In this document: positions 38,016 to 50,582 of the stretch, one piece after another | How positions within the stretch are numbered: position 1 is the first letter of the stretch | Layout: each line of letters begins with the position of its first letter | NCBI GenBank assembly: GCA_002633005.1 | Contig: NMRA01000470.1 | Location: forward strand, 124,001 to 188,000 | Reading direction: 5' to 3' | Origin: Phoronis australis | Taxonomy: Eukaryota > Animalia > Phoronida | Length of the DNA: 64,000 nucleotides | Position numbers and translations under genes: made by a program | The notes under the pieces: generated by a model | What the model saw: the letters and a program-made list of their open reading frames with translations, nothing else | Databases searched by the model: none | What the model was told of the DNA's origin: nothing

Positions 38016-38359
38016 CTGAAATTGCAAGGATTAAGCATGACTGGAACACAATATGAAACACTTGCCTTATTGATAAATGACCAATTGTTACAATGACAAT
38101 GGCTTTAAGGGCTAAATAGGACTGTTTAGTTGACTGTGTGCATGAATCATAAAGTACAACATCCCAAAAACTCATGTACAGTTGTATTTAAATGAATAAC
38201 AGAAACAGCAAAACTATGCCATATTTCAGTAGCCTTTTAAAGGGTGAGACGTGGATCCCAATCCTTGAATGAAAGCTGAAGTACCGTATTCAGATATTGG
38301 CAACCAAAATCATCAGCCTTCTAAAATTTTCAAGTCCACCAAAATCTTCAAGTATAACC

Positions 38360-38755
38360 CATGGTCTGTGCCCAACACACGTACACACATTAGCTCACGA
38401 TTAGTCGAATGTTGAAAATAGTATATTTGCGCTCTAAAACTGCGTCGTAAATGAACATCGCGGCATCATTCAGTTGCACCTATATCATGCAAGTCTGACA
38501 TATTTAACAGTATTAAACTGGGGTCTAACCAAGTTAAATCTGGTTTAAGACCTTAATACAGGTCTAAGGAATATACACCTCGTTGGTGAAATGAAAGCTG
38601 AATTAGACCAGGCCTAAACTGGAGTTAAACCAGGTTTTACTAGGCCAATGGTCTAAAAGTTAAACCACTTTTAGGAAATTCAGATTATCTTTAAACCTGG
38701 TTTAAGTCCAGTTTAATCTACGTTTAACTTTAAACCACCTTCATGAAATCGGCTG
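38360..38755 (+). mobile_element. Right end of a second copy of the Harbinger-like element
   Basis: Colinear with ~22070-22115 plus 22530-22883, ending TTAAACCACCTTCATGAAATCGGCT. Confidence 0.7.
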
Positions 38756-38764
38756 CTAGAGTTC

Positions 38765-40125
38765 TTCAGCTAAAGGAGATTGCGCTCCACGCCACGACAC
38801 TACCTCCATTACATGGTGTCACGCGTGTAATGCAACAGTTTGCAAATCTTTTGCCTCGCCGTCTTCACACGGTCTTGTGCCTATCCATGGACCGTGAACA
38901 AAAACGAGACTCGTCAGAGAGCACCATGGTCCTCAACTGTTGCTGGTTCCAGCGAACGTGTTGTCTACATCATCTCATTCGGGTGAATCGTCAATTCTGT
39001 GCTAACCGCCCGCGGTGTTAGCAGCACCTGCTGCGGCAGATATCCATGAGCACCAGCACAATCTCCGTGCACCAAAGTTGTGGGACGGAGTGGGCGCAAG
39101 TTTCTGAAAAGCCCTCTTGCATGTGGAGGTAATTTTTTCCAGCCCTTCAATGGTGACTGCATGGAGAGGTGATTCTTGGCTTGGATGACTTGTTACGATA
39201 ACCGCCTGCTCTAGGGCCTGGTGTTCCCGATGCATGGTACGCCTATCAGGGGACGGAATGCAGCTGCTGGTGTTGACTTGGGACAACCAGCAATGATACG
39301 GAGGCAAGTGTTCTGTAGCCGTTCAAGTCTACCAATTTGGTTTTGACTAACGCGGACCATGTGGAGGGCGTAATCTACCACAGTCAAGGCTCTTGAAAAG
39401 CTCCTTTGCCTTTCTGCCAGGTGTGGCACGAAGAGCAGGGATCCCTCGACTGGCTCGATTGATGACTGGTGTCTGAGTGTCTCAGATGGCAAGATTGGAA
39501 TTTCAACGTAAACAGGGAGATGGACATTTGAGGCGATTGCCCAAGATGCACAGCAAAGCCTCGCATTTCTCACCATTGCAACTTGTACCATTACAAGAGT
39601 AGTAGTTTTTGTTACCTGTCAGTATTGGCTGAGTCCTCTCAATGAGTTGTTGGGGTTAACTGTACACCGCGCATGTTATGCTGTCATCGGCGAAGGTCCA
39701 GAGCCTGCAGTCGGTTATTCAAGGGCAGAGTATAGATATTGAAAAACACAGGGGATAGAGGAGATTCCTGGAGAAGGTCGAGGTTGATGCTGATCCAGTC
39801 AAAGCGCCAGGACTTATGTTTTAGCATGCAGATAAGACCCAACGACCGAAGATAGCAAAGATGTCAAGGTGTAACATGCCATCAACAAGAACAGGGAGGC
39901 GGACAGAGTTGTAGTCACACTCAAGATCAAGTCCTACAAGCAGGACCTTCTTATGGTTTTCAAATCTTTCCAGATATTTGCAGAGACGCTGCATTAGCCC
40001 AAATATTACGTTGCGGGCGATATGCCTCCCTGCCATTAGGGAACCAGGCTTCCATTAGTCTTGAAATCCGGCGAGCGATGATTTTCTCTGGGATCTTACC
40101 CAGGTTTTGCATGACGATGACGCGA
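38765..40125 (-). mobile_element. Decayed non-LTR retrotransposon (RT fragments)
   Basis: Frameshifted RT motifs MQNLGKIPEKIIARR, GLDLECDYNSV, QESPLSPVFFNIY, TFADD and LERLQNTCLRII. Same general type as the element at ~60-62.4 kb. Confidence 0.85.
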
Positions 40126-41202
40126 TACTCAAGTTTACATAAAAAGAACCAAAATGGTAATCAAAAACAAACAAACAAAGAAACAACGCATTTACGCTCA
40201 TGGTGATGTCAATACGTTTTCAAGGACAACATGGTCGGCATTCAGGAATCGTTCATGAACTCACACAACAGGAACTCAGGTCACGGAAAGAGACGTGAAT
40301 AGTCGATGATTTTCTGATCTCGGCCGACGTACAAAATTGTGCTACAAACGCTTTTAGTCTGATAACAGAAAGGATGTGAACATTACGCTATGTTACATGT
40401 TACTTAATTTGGTACATATTTTTAATTTTTTAACAAGAATCCCCTTAGATAAGGACTTTTTAAAGTTTTAAAAAACAACAACGGCAACAATTCATTTACA
40501 AGGGCAATTACAACGCAAGTACCATGGTAATGGGAATACTATTTAGAATAACAATATTTATTGCATGTGAAGTTCTACCGTGAGAATAAAAGTTATGAAC
40601 AATGTCTTTAGTAACATTTTAGGCCTATATTAAATGATAATTTGGGATAGGTGTGTGAACTCCGAACTGCTACATCTCGAAACTTTGTTTTTATTTTAAA
40701 ATGGAGTTAAATTTGACTGTTTATTTTTGTGCGCTCGGGGGGGGCCTATTTTGGTTGATGTGATGAATGTCTCGTCCTAGATAGCATAGATAACTCAAAA
40801 TTTTGGTTAAAAAATCACTTACGTCAACCATAATATAGATGTAACCGAGCGCAGTGATAGACACTAAGCTATGGTGAATTCTATAATACCAAGGAAATGT
40901 CAAAAATAACTTGTAGTTGTTGTTAAATTAAACACAGGCCCTAGTGATTTCCTGTAAGTGTTCTTTTGCAGATTCCTCAAAATCTCTGCCACCCTATGAG
41001 CCGTGACTAATAGGTATGCACGAATATGTCAAAGTTATTGGACCAATGATTCGAGGTCCCATACTTGATATTCACAACGATAAACATGAGGTCGGACAGA
41101 GCAAAATTTGCGTTAACCAAAAAACCAATGCTTTTTGCAACATCGTGGAAACAGTGGGCCTAATTTTGTTTTTAGGACTTTGAAATAAATTGCTATACTT
41201 AC

Positions 41203-41547
41203 ATATAATCTCTATAGTAAACTCCTTGCTCTGTGTCAATGTCGGTTCTTTCTTGTTGACTGCCTTACATTGTATGACGTCCTTATGGAATCTTTTACTC
41301 GTCACGAAAGAGATGCGATTCTTGCAAGTGATTACGTTTTCCGCTTCCGAGCAGGAACTTCTAGATTTGTTGTACTTGCTGCTAAAATTCTGATTCGATA
41401 CGATTTTCCAAGTGACTTCTGCGCCAGGGTTAACTTTGGCAGTTGCGCACTCCATTGTCACGGGATGTCCCTCTAGAAATCGGAGTGTTTTCTCGCTTAT
41501 TGCTTGTTTCAGTGAAATATCTTGGACAGTTACAAAATCTGGTCCAT
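41203..41547 (-). CDS. Ig-like domain exon 8, phase 1-1
   Basis: Acceptor CATTTAG|AT GGA CCA; donor ATA T|GTAAGT; 345 nt. Reads EGHPVTMECATAKVNPGAEVTW..IQCKAVN. Confidence 0.9.
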
Positions 41548-43284
41548 CTAAATGAAGCAAAGAGGTCATGCCAATCATCTTAAGTAAGTTTGATTAACAT
41601 CGTGGCATTCCATCGTGTAATACGTTGCTGCTTTACATTCATAATTGAGGAGGTTGGCTTGACTGAAAATGTCTGCATTTTAATAACAATTATGGTCTTA
41701 TTATATTTATATTATACAGTACCTGGTAGCTATTGCATGCACACTGGGGAAGTTAAAGCTTTGAAATACTATTTTGTTTACTTATGTTTATCGTATGTCA
41801 AAAAACAGCTTGATCATGAAATTCAGGACAAGGGTCTTGGATAAAAACATTTTGATTTGGTGGAAGTCATGGGACCTGATATGAGGAAGCGTGTACCTGC
41901 AAAACGGTGTCATGGGGTCATCAATTTGGAAGCACTGAGGACCTCAACATACTCAAACGCTATTGATAACTGCTTGCACGTGTTACAATTTATCAAACGG
42001 AAATCTGTAGGCACGTCTTAACAAAGATGGGTAACCAGTGTATAACCTGAACATTGGCTTTGAGGGTTATTAGCCTTTACATTTTCGTCTGATAAAAGAA
42101 CTGTTGCTAGCTGTTGTCAAAATAGAACTCATTTGGAGTGGGCTGCAAATAATTGTCCCTGTCCAGAAAGAGCATCCAGCTATGGTGAATGGAACTGAAG
42201 CAAATTTAATGGTAAACTGAAGAATGGCTTATATTCCTTGTCATTTTGTTAACAAAGTCTTGTTAAATTCGCACCCACAGTTCGTCCTCAGGAAAACTGT
42301 CATGAACAGTCAACCATGAAAAAACACTCAACACCCATACGTTCATTTTGTAAAGGAGTGAATATGCAAGAAGCACAGGTATGTTTTTTTGAAATTAAAG
42401 TGCTATTAAGCACTACACTAATTTCTTCAGATTCTATCTTTCTAAGAATCCCATCATAGGTGTTCGATGTAGTTTTCGATTCTGACCTTCCCTTCGGATG
42501 CCAGGGGAGCAGGAAAGATGGAGCCCAAATGCGCCTGGTTTGCCATTCCCCTAAGAAAAAGTAAGCGTCTACCAGAAATGAACTTACAAGATAAATCTAA
42601 AACTGACCAGCAGACTTCCTCCATTCTGATATCTAAAATAAATTTTTGACCTAAAAGCTTATAGCAGTTATAAACCGCATTCCGTAGCACAACTATATTT
42701 TGTTTTTGACCATGTACCGCTCTAGAATTGGTATCGACGTGTTCCTTAATCACATCAGAAATAGGTTTTGGTCTTGCAAAGAACTGACAGTGCATTGTCG
42801 GTCGGGACCTTGCTGGCGCCTAAACTGGCGCGCCATGAGCAGTCAACTTGAAGTGCCTGGTACTAAGCAATAACTAACTGTTATTTCTTTCGGAGACCGG
42901 AAACCACACCTGTTTTGACTAGGGAACAATTCAAAACCAAATTTAGACATGTAACTGTAATCAAAAGTTTTGTTTCATGACGGAAGATACGCGTGTAGCC
43001 GCTTCAATAAAAACAGACTTTGACCTGCGCTTTCAATTAACACGTGTCCCATTTTTCACTAAGCCCGCCTTATGCCCATTTCGTCACCGGTGAACATTTC
43101 ACTGTGGACCAGTGCAGTGTTATGCAAATTCAGTTTGTAAACTGTTATTAGTCACTTTGGCTGAAGCCGAACGTTGCTCCTGGGCTATTTGTTTTAAATC
43201 ACTATATTCCTTAGTGAGAATGACAGTCAATAAACCTAGTAAACAATATAATTTTTGTGAGCGCAGAATGAGACAAATACTTAC

Positions 43285-43605
43285 ATGCTGTAGAGATGTG
43301 TATTCGGCTGTTAACGTATGCTTTCACGTTGCCACCATCGTCCAGAGCCTCACATCGTATCAGTTTACCGTCATGAAATTCGATGGGGCGGAATTGAAAA
43401 TTGATCGAGTAAATCCGCGTATTTCGTTTAACTTCCACGCTCTTCACTGCTGACCGTTGCCCAATTATGCTCGTTATCCATCTCAATCGGACAGAGGGAA
43501 ATACTTCATCTGTTGCACACGTCAATGTTTGGGGAATGTAGAGTGGTATTTGAAGCTTGTCGTCTTCAACTGCCGCGCCTTTAATGACCAGCGTCGTTGG
43601 ACCAT
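43285..43605 (-). CDS. Ig-like domain exon 7, phase 1-1
   Basis: Acceptor ACTACAG|AT GGT CCA; donor GCA T|GTAAGT; 321 nt. Reads LTCATDEVFPSVRLRW..HDGKLIRCEA. Confidence 0.9.
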
Positions 43606-44168
43606 CTGTAGTCACATCATTCAAAACAATTTACTTAAAACAAGAATATTCTCTATTGAGGTAGGAATCTGTAACGTTTCCCAAGAGGAAAGCACTGGGG
43701 GCTTTGTGTGCAGTGGTCTTGCACCGCCCCCACGTGTCATGTTCCCGGCAGTGGCGCATCAAAATCGAAGGGAAGGATTAGGCAGCATTGTGTCGCAATC
43801 AACTGTTGCAGAAATTGACCGGGGAAATATATTTTGAGTGAGCGGATTCAGGTTATGACAATACACTCAGAGTCAAGAAAAAAAAAACGTTTACATTAGC
43901 CGACGTAGAAAAGTCAATAAACCGGGAAATTAAAATTGTGGTACGTATCCTTTCATGTCCAATTTAACTAAACTATGAAAGCAGAGCTTTTCTGAAGAGG
44001 AGTCCAAACTTACCGCCATAACCTTAGCCTCACTTTCTTCCACACTCATATACATTAAAAACGTCTCGGGAAGTATTACGAATATCCTAATCAGGTTTCA
44101 GTTGAGTGTCTTTCATGCTCGCGTTTTCTTTTGTGAGGCGATTTCCATTCGCCATACGCATTACTATT

Positions 44169-45250
44169 CTTAAAGGAGAATGCCATCCAGAAAACAACCT
44201 ATTTAGTATCAATTTAGATCCAATAGTTCCACTCGATAACAGCAAGTACAGTTCTTTTACCTGACACCTGACGGCAGATGGAGGTGTTGAAATTAACCAA
44301 TGACGTCACAGGTTCGAGCGCAGTCGGTTCAGTAGTTCACAACACGCTTACTGGTGTCAGCTTATAGCTTGAATTCATCGTTTCACACCAATAAATGCTC
44401 AAAATTCGATACAAAACCCTTACAAATACATCGAGTTCTTGAACAGATGAGTTGTTTTATTTCGGTGCGGATCCTGGGGCTTGCTTAATGAAAGTGACTT
44501 AATACAAAAGGCAGAAATTTGCTTTTACGCTTCCCATAACTATTTTTGAACAATAATTAAAAACTCAATAAGGAAAGGACAAAGTGCCTGAGAATGTACC
44601 CAAAACATACACATAAAATCTTTACAAATTATTTCCACGCAGTAATGATGATGATTACATGATTAAACCTTTATTAGGCAAGTTAGGGGGCCATGTTCTT
44701 GCTAGGACTGTAATGCGTGAGCCGTGTTGTTCAGGTAGCCTGGCGAAGCACAATCTTTGAACAAGAAGTTCAATTCGAATTAGCCGAAGCATTTCCTCGT
44801 TTGGACAAATGTGAACCCCTTGAAAAAAGAAGTTTCTTGGATTTTCTGCATTAAGATTCACACAGAATTTTCAGTTTATCTTCATTGTTGATAATCTTAA
44901 TTACAAATTGTACGGTGAACTTGAATTCTCGAGCTTGAAATTGAGTTTTAATTCTTGACTCCGCCTTTTTGTTGCTCGATTTCGGAGGTCATAGGGCATG
45001 AATTTTAATCATTAAATAACCACCCGATACATACCACTGGAAAGCCATCCGAACAAAACGGCCCTCACACTCATCATCATAGCTCCGCACTCATGAGCGC
45101 GACTCATGGACCTCTAAACTCTGTTCACTAACTCACAAACAAGGCTAGCAACTTGTACTTTAGTCTTGTCAATTAGTCGGCTCATATTTGAATAACACCA
45201 TAAAGGCTGTTATGTTAAGAGCCTCGTTTTTGTGAGTGCAGAGCCGTGTT
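44169..45250 (+). mobile_element. Kolobok-like DNA transposon relic
   Basis: Starts TTAA-AGGAGAATGCCATCC, the same terminus as TTAA-AGGAGAATGCCACCC at 62629. The right boundary is approximate. Confidence 0.45.
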
Positions 45251-45518
45251 TGTGAGTCAGTAGTATGTATCGGTCTGAGTGAATAGACACATTAATCGTC
45301 TGCGTTTTCTTCGCTCCACACAGTCACAGATCCTGGATATAGGGAACTCTATGGCTGCATTTGATTCACTATGACAGGTCGACCGGGTCAAGGTTAAGAT
45401 CTCTGCTTGGTGCTTCCGACTGTTTTTTAAGCTTGACATTGTTTTCCAGAACCAATGAGACGCCTTAGCCGGTTGACTGGTGGAGTGAATCAAGTGTAGC
45501 CTTCATAACTAGCCTTAC

Positions 45519-45806
45519 GTGCAACTCTCAATGTCGTGTTGATGACGTATTCAGGACAGCAGCTTTGACAGCTTAAGACGGTCTCATGGTCTGCAGGTGT
45601 AGCCAAGAACGTCAATGAGTCCTTGAATTCGCCAGAAACAACCGATGCCTCCTTCAGAGAGTGGAGAAATTTCTTCTTGGTAACCTCTCCAAACCACTCA
45701 CAGAAAATGTTGTATTTTGTGGACGAATTCGTCAGGTAAACGTCGCCAATGATTCCCGATTGGTCTTTCATCAATACACGAGCTTTTAGATGAAAGATTA
45801 AATGCA
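45519..45806 (-). CDS. Divergent Ig-like domain exon 6, phase 1-1
   Basis: Acceptor TTAGTCCAG|TG; donor GCA C|GTAAGG; 288 nt. Reads YNIFCEW..SLTFLATPADHETVLSCQS..TLRVA. It lacks the GP start seen in the other exons. Confidence 0.7.
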
Positions 45807-46429
45807 CTGGACTAAGACAACTGGTTGAATGTTTTAAAACGTTGGAAGTATGAATGGTTTGGGGGAAATGAGGGAGAAATTGTTCCCAACACAGCTCCGA
45901 TGGTCTTACAATTACAAATAGAGGAATTCAAAGATGCATGTTTGACTGACACAGATACACCGTCGAGACATCTAGAATACCCCGGGTCATTTGATAGTCT
46001 CAAATTTCCTCCTGAATGGGTTTCTTATAATTATGAGCATTTGCGAAATTCAGTCATACGAAAATTATTCAGAATAAGAAATTTGCATAAATACTTCTTG
46101 GACACGAGGTCACGTGTGCGTTGATTCCTGCTGACTTACAACTGGTGCGGGTGGATCTGTCTAGTTCGACCCATACTAATCTTACCTATGTTTCGCATAG
46201 CCACCGGTCACGATTATGTATGATCTTATCGCCATGTCTGTGCATTTAGCAGAATACCTAGAAAACTTTTTTTGTAAAATTATTCAGTTGACACCAAAAC
46301 GCTTTTTTCTCTATCACAATCACAGTACGACAGGAATTCTGTAGTGTAGTGTACTTTAGTGTAGGCTACCAGTCTTCTGTGAACCTAGTGAGGTTTGTTC
46401 CTGAGTCTCTCGGTTATTGATTTCTGTGC

Positions 46430-46600
46430 AGGTGCAAGCGCTGGCAGCTGACCTTATGAATAGAGATGCTGCCTATTTGTCCAAGAACTGCAAGTTATGC
46501 TCTCATCACTTCGAGGAGTCCATGTTCGTGAATGAAGAACAAGCTGGTATTGACTGCAGTGCCCGAACAATATTTGATGTCCCGAATCCACCAAAAATGA
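46430..46600 (+). mobile_element. THAP-domain relic of a DNA transposon
   Basis: CKLCSHHFEESMF...RTIFDVPNPP matches the C-terminal half of THAP (C.xHF....F...AVPTIF). Confidence 0.55.
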
Positions 46601-48209
46601 AGATGTCTGGGTCAAAAAGTTCTCCGGAAATTATATTACAGCTCTGGGATAGGCTTTTTGCATTTCTGAGTATCGTCTCATAAAGCAAGTACAGTGGAGC
46701 ATCACGTGTAGAAAGGACAATTAGTCAAAATCTGGTTTTCGTATTTTACTAAGGTTGATCAGATTGAAACATTTTATGAATGGTTAGCCTGTGAATTGGA
46801 GAGAGCCAAAGTGAAACTGATGGATCATTCAGAGTCTGAGTGGTGGGCTGAAATTTTGTTAAACCCAAGCTATCCGTATCATTTTGCTTCTCGATGACAA
46901 ACACCTCTGTGAGTAATTTAGTTTTAGCTTTATTTATAACGCACTTCTTTGGCGAAAAGTGCTGTTGTTTACTAGTGAATTAATAGAGAGTGACAAAGTT
47001 GGTCAGATTTTGTTTTTGTTGTATTGGTTGGTGTATGTGTTTCCTATTTTGTACGTTTTTGGAAATTGTGATTAATTTAAGCCCCAGTTGTGGATAGGTA
47101 TCAGATATGATCTTGTGGTTTCGCTTTAACCTACCTGAAGTATTTACTGTTATTGATAATATGAACAGTGGGTACATAAAATAAAATTTTGGTTTTATCA
47201 TCCAAGTCTTTTTAATTCAATTTTGTATGAAGCTATGTGGGTAGGGAATATTTTGATTGCTGTTCAGTACCTCTTAATTTTTTGTCATGATATTTTGAAC
47301 TTTGACTAGTTATGAGTGATGATATACTCAATGTTACTTCATTTTGTAAGTTGTGAGCTATTCTACAGATTAGCAAGTGACTTGTAACTGTTGGTGAGTG
47401 GGAGAGTGGGATTGAGCCCTATACTGGCATGTCTAAGAAATAATGGAATGTTCTAAAATTGTATTACGATTTTGTGGTAGTGATGAATTGCCTTGCTTTC
47501 TTATTCTCACTTGAGTAACACCCACTACACAAAACAATTGTCTGCATTGCTAGTAGCCTGGTGCATTGAATAGGGAACACATGCGAAATTGTTGGGTGGA
47601 GATAAAACCAGCAGTGAGCCGGGAGCAACATGTTTGTCAATGGTCAGGGGAGCAACCAAAAGTTGTGACGATGGGAGGGGCTCAACACCCATGTGGCATA
47701 CATACCCATTGGTTTTTACCTGTTTAGCACTCCTCCCGTGTAACCCCCCTGGGAGGGGGTCAACACCCATTTGGCGCCCACCTGGTTTTTGCCTGGTACC
47801 CCCTTATCTGGCACCTGAAAGGAATTCCCCTCTTAACAATCATTAAAATTATGTAGTCCATGGAGGTATGAACTGTTATAAGGAACGATAATTGTTAAGA
47901 ACTCAAACATGAAACAAAACCATGATGGATTTTGAAGGGAGCTTCAAGAGAACAAAAACAAAAACACTTTAATATTGATTAAAATACACATTTTCTTTCT
48001 CATTCTATTGTAAGTGGATGTTAGTTTATGTATTTAACCATTTTCAATCACACAGTAGTTTTATTGCACGTTGAATGTCATTAAAGTATGAATTTATCAG
48101 TGTTTACATTGTTCGGACTGCGCTCCTAACTAAGTGTTGATTATTCACCGCTTGGGGCGCTAGTGTTTCGACCGGTAACCATTGCGGCGAATGGAAAAAT
48201 GGCGGAGTG

Positions 48210-48560
48210 AACTCTCCTGTACTAGTACACTCCTTGTTCACACTCTGCTTGTATGCCCTCTACCCGCTGTTACCGTTTACTTTACTACTTATTTCGCTTC
48301 CCCCCGTTCATTTCACCTATAACCTGATGACGAGACATACCGTCTCGAAATATAGCAGCTATATTAAATTATTTACTTGTTTGTACTTTATATCATATCT
48401 CTTGGTGTTCTGCTTCATAACTGCACGCCTGAAGACAGGAGATTGCATCGATCGAGCATATATTAAGCCGTCTAACAAAAATTACACTAGTGCCTTCCAC
48501 CAAGTTTGTATCAATGAAGAGCTGCTACCGCACTGTACTGATTTCACATGTTGTGAATAC
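48210..48560 (+). mobile_element. Penelope-like element fragment (pLTR with hammerhead-like core plus ORF start)
   Basis: A pyrimidine-rich tract is followed by CTGATGA-C-GAGAC-ATACC-GTCTC-GAAA (48324-48350), then FHQVCINEELLPHCT, which resembles the Penelope ORF N-terminal F..C....LLP motif. Confidence 0.5.
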
Positions 48561-48921
48561 CCCAGATGCGTTGTTTACGCACACATTTAAGTGATGGCCT
48601 ATTATGAAGGGACTTGCACCAAGAAAAGCGAATAAAAATGTATAATCATACAACATTGTCAACAATTTTACGGGCCTTGGACATTTTTCATGTTTAGAAA
48701 ATGAAGGGGTCATTTTAGTACTCGAAACGTTTACCAAGTTGTTTGTTTGGATTAATGGGTACGCGCCTGAAACGGCTGCTCTCACTGAATGTTCCCCGGG
48801 GAGTTTAGAACGATTATCATTAATNCAGGTAACAATTTCAAAGCACTCAGCAATCTAAAGCGCCGCAAAACTGACCTAATTATTATCATCATCATCTTCA
48901 TAATTATTTTCATTGTGCCAA

Positions 48922-49571
48922 CAGTGGCGGATCTCGGATATCACAAGGGGGGCCCAACATTTTGTCCGGCTGTAAGCCTTTGCGCAAACTGAACCACGAT
49001 TGTAGATGCGCATAGCACCGAATGGGGGGAGGTCGGGAGGGGGTTTGCCCTGGCGGATAGAGCGCGCGTACGTTACCACTACACCACCGCGATTTAACTA
49101 CTAATGTCCTCCTAAGAGACCTACTTGTTTATGGTCCACAGCGTTTGCGCGCGAAACCTACTTCTCTTTGTAATGCTTATTACACGTTTTATATTTTGTG
49201 CCATCAATTCTTAACAAATTTGTCATATTTAGAATAATCTTCAAATGCCCAAAAGACCAAATCCGTTTTTTCGTGTTGGCAATAATGACGGGATTGCTTT
49301 GGAAATCGTCTTTAGATAAGGTTTGACAAAGAGAGTATTGCGAGTTTCTGAGTGATTCACTAAGGCTTCGATTAAAATTTGCATCTTACCAGCAGCTTCT
49401 GTTTTTTCATCGTCACTCAGGTTCCATTCTCTTTAAAAAACGAAGTAAATTTTCTTCATTGCACAGTGGAGCAGTCGACGGAAACGGAGTCGTAGTGTGC
49501 AGAGCTACTGCCGGTCGCCTGGGATATCGCGGGAGAGCCTATACTTAGCCATAGTTCCGTTACGAATGCGC
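48922..49571 (-). mobile_element. Second copy of the 16189-17029 hAT-like MITE, inverted and truncated at an N
   Basis: CAGTGGCGGATCTCGGATATCACAAGGGGGG followed by ~600 bp of reverse-complement similarity to 16400-17029. Ends at the N near 49573. Confidence 0.85.
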
Positions 49572-49899
49572 NCAACTTTTCAAAAGGGAAAGCCACGTAA
49601 AATGAAAATAATAATGAGGGACCCGATTATTTTATGGATCGCTTAACAAATAATAGCGTTTCCAACCTTGCTTACGCGCCTTCGTGCAGCGTTTCAAAAA
49701 AGTACCATACATTGATACGAACGGGGCGTTTTTTGTTGGTTAGGGCAGGTTTCAAAATGAGTCGGGGTATTCCAGGACCAATTAAGCTTTTATGGCCTGG
49801 TTATTACTATTAATATTGTCATTTGAGCTTTATTCGACTGGGTCCAAAGCTTTTAAGGGATGCCACACTAAACATGATAATATACACAAGTCAACTTAC

Positions 49900-50229
49900 C
49901 TTCCACTACAATATTGACAGTTTGATGGGCATGCAAAGTGGCCGAGTCCTTATTAAGAGCACGACAAGTGACTTCAATGGGTGACTCTCTGGCGTCCGCG
50001 ACAATTGTGAGAGAAGATTTGAAAATATATTTCGGCTGATTCCTTGGAACTTCTTCGACAGTAGTCAGCCCTTCGGTCTTAATCTTGACATCACAATACC
50101 ACATGAAGAATGCATACTGATAGACGTGGTCCGTTTGGCACGTTATTGTCAATGACTGCCTATCTTTGACATGTACTTCGTTGTCTCCTTTCCGTGCTGG
50201 TGTAAACATCTTCACCTTTTTCGGGCCGG
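49900..50229 (-). CDS. Ig-like domain exon 5, phase 1-1
   Basis: Acceptor TTTCTCAG|CC GGC CCG; donor GAA G|GTAAGT; 330 nt. Reads LTITCQTD..FMW..SSLTI..VTCRALN..NIVVE. Confidence 0.9.
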
Positions 50230-50582
50230 CTGAGAAAAGCATTTAAAGGGAAAAAGACGGCTAAAAACATGAAGAATTTTGGAGTGTGTTGTGAAGGGTT
50301 GACTCCTTGAAGTTAATAATTTCGGGCATATGCATAAAAGTTACTCAGGCCAACAATTTGATGAGGGTGAATTTGCTGACTTTGACATAACTACCAGAAT
50401 AACAAATCTATTTTGAAGACACTGTTATCAATGTGTTTAAGTCAGATGAACACAATATGAAACGTTTATTTCACACCCATTCAGACTCGAAATAACATAT
50501 CTATGACCTGAAATTTTATGAGCTTGATCTGAAAACATAACGAAGTATCAGTTCTTTCCGCTCAGAGAAAGTCCATTCGTTC

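Noticed and set aside
41850-42840. Possible THAP/Harbinger-type relic on the minus strand (..KFISG..GSIFP)
   Set aside because: Only a few residues resemble the end of a THAP domain, which is insufficient support.
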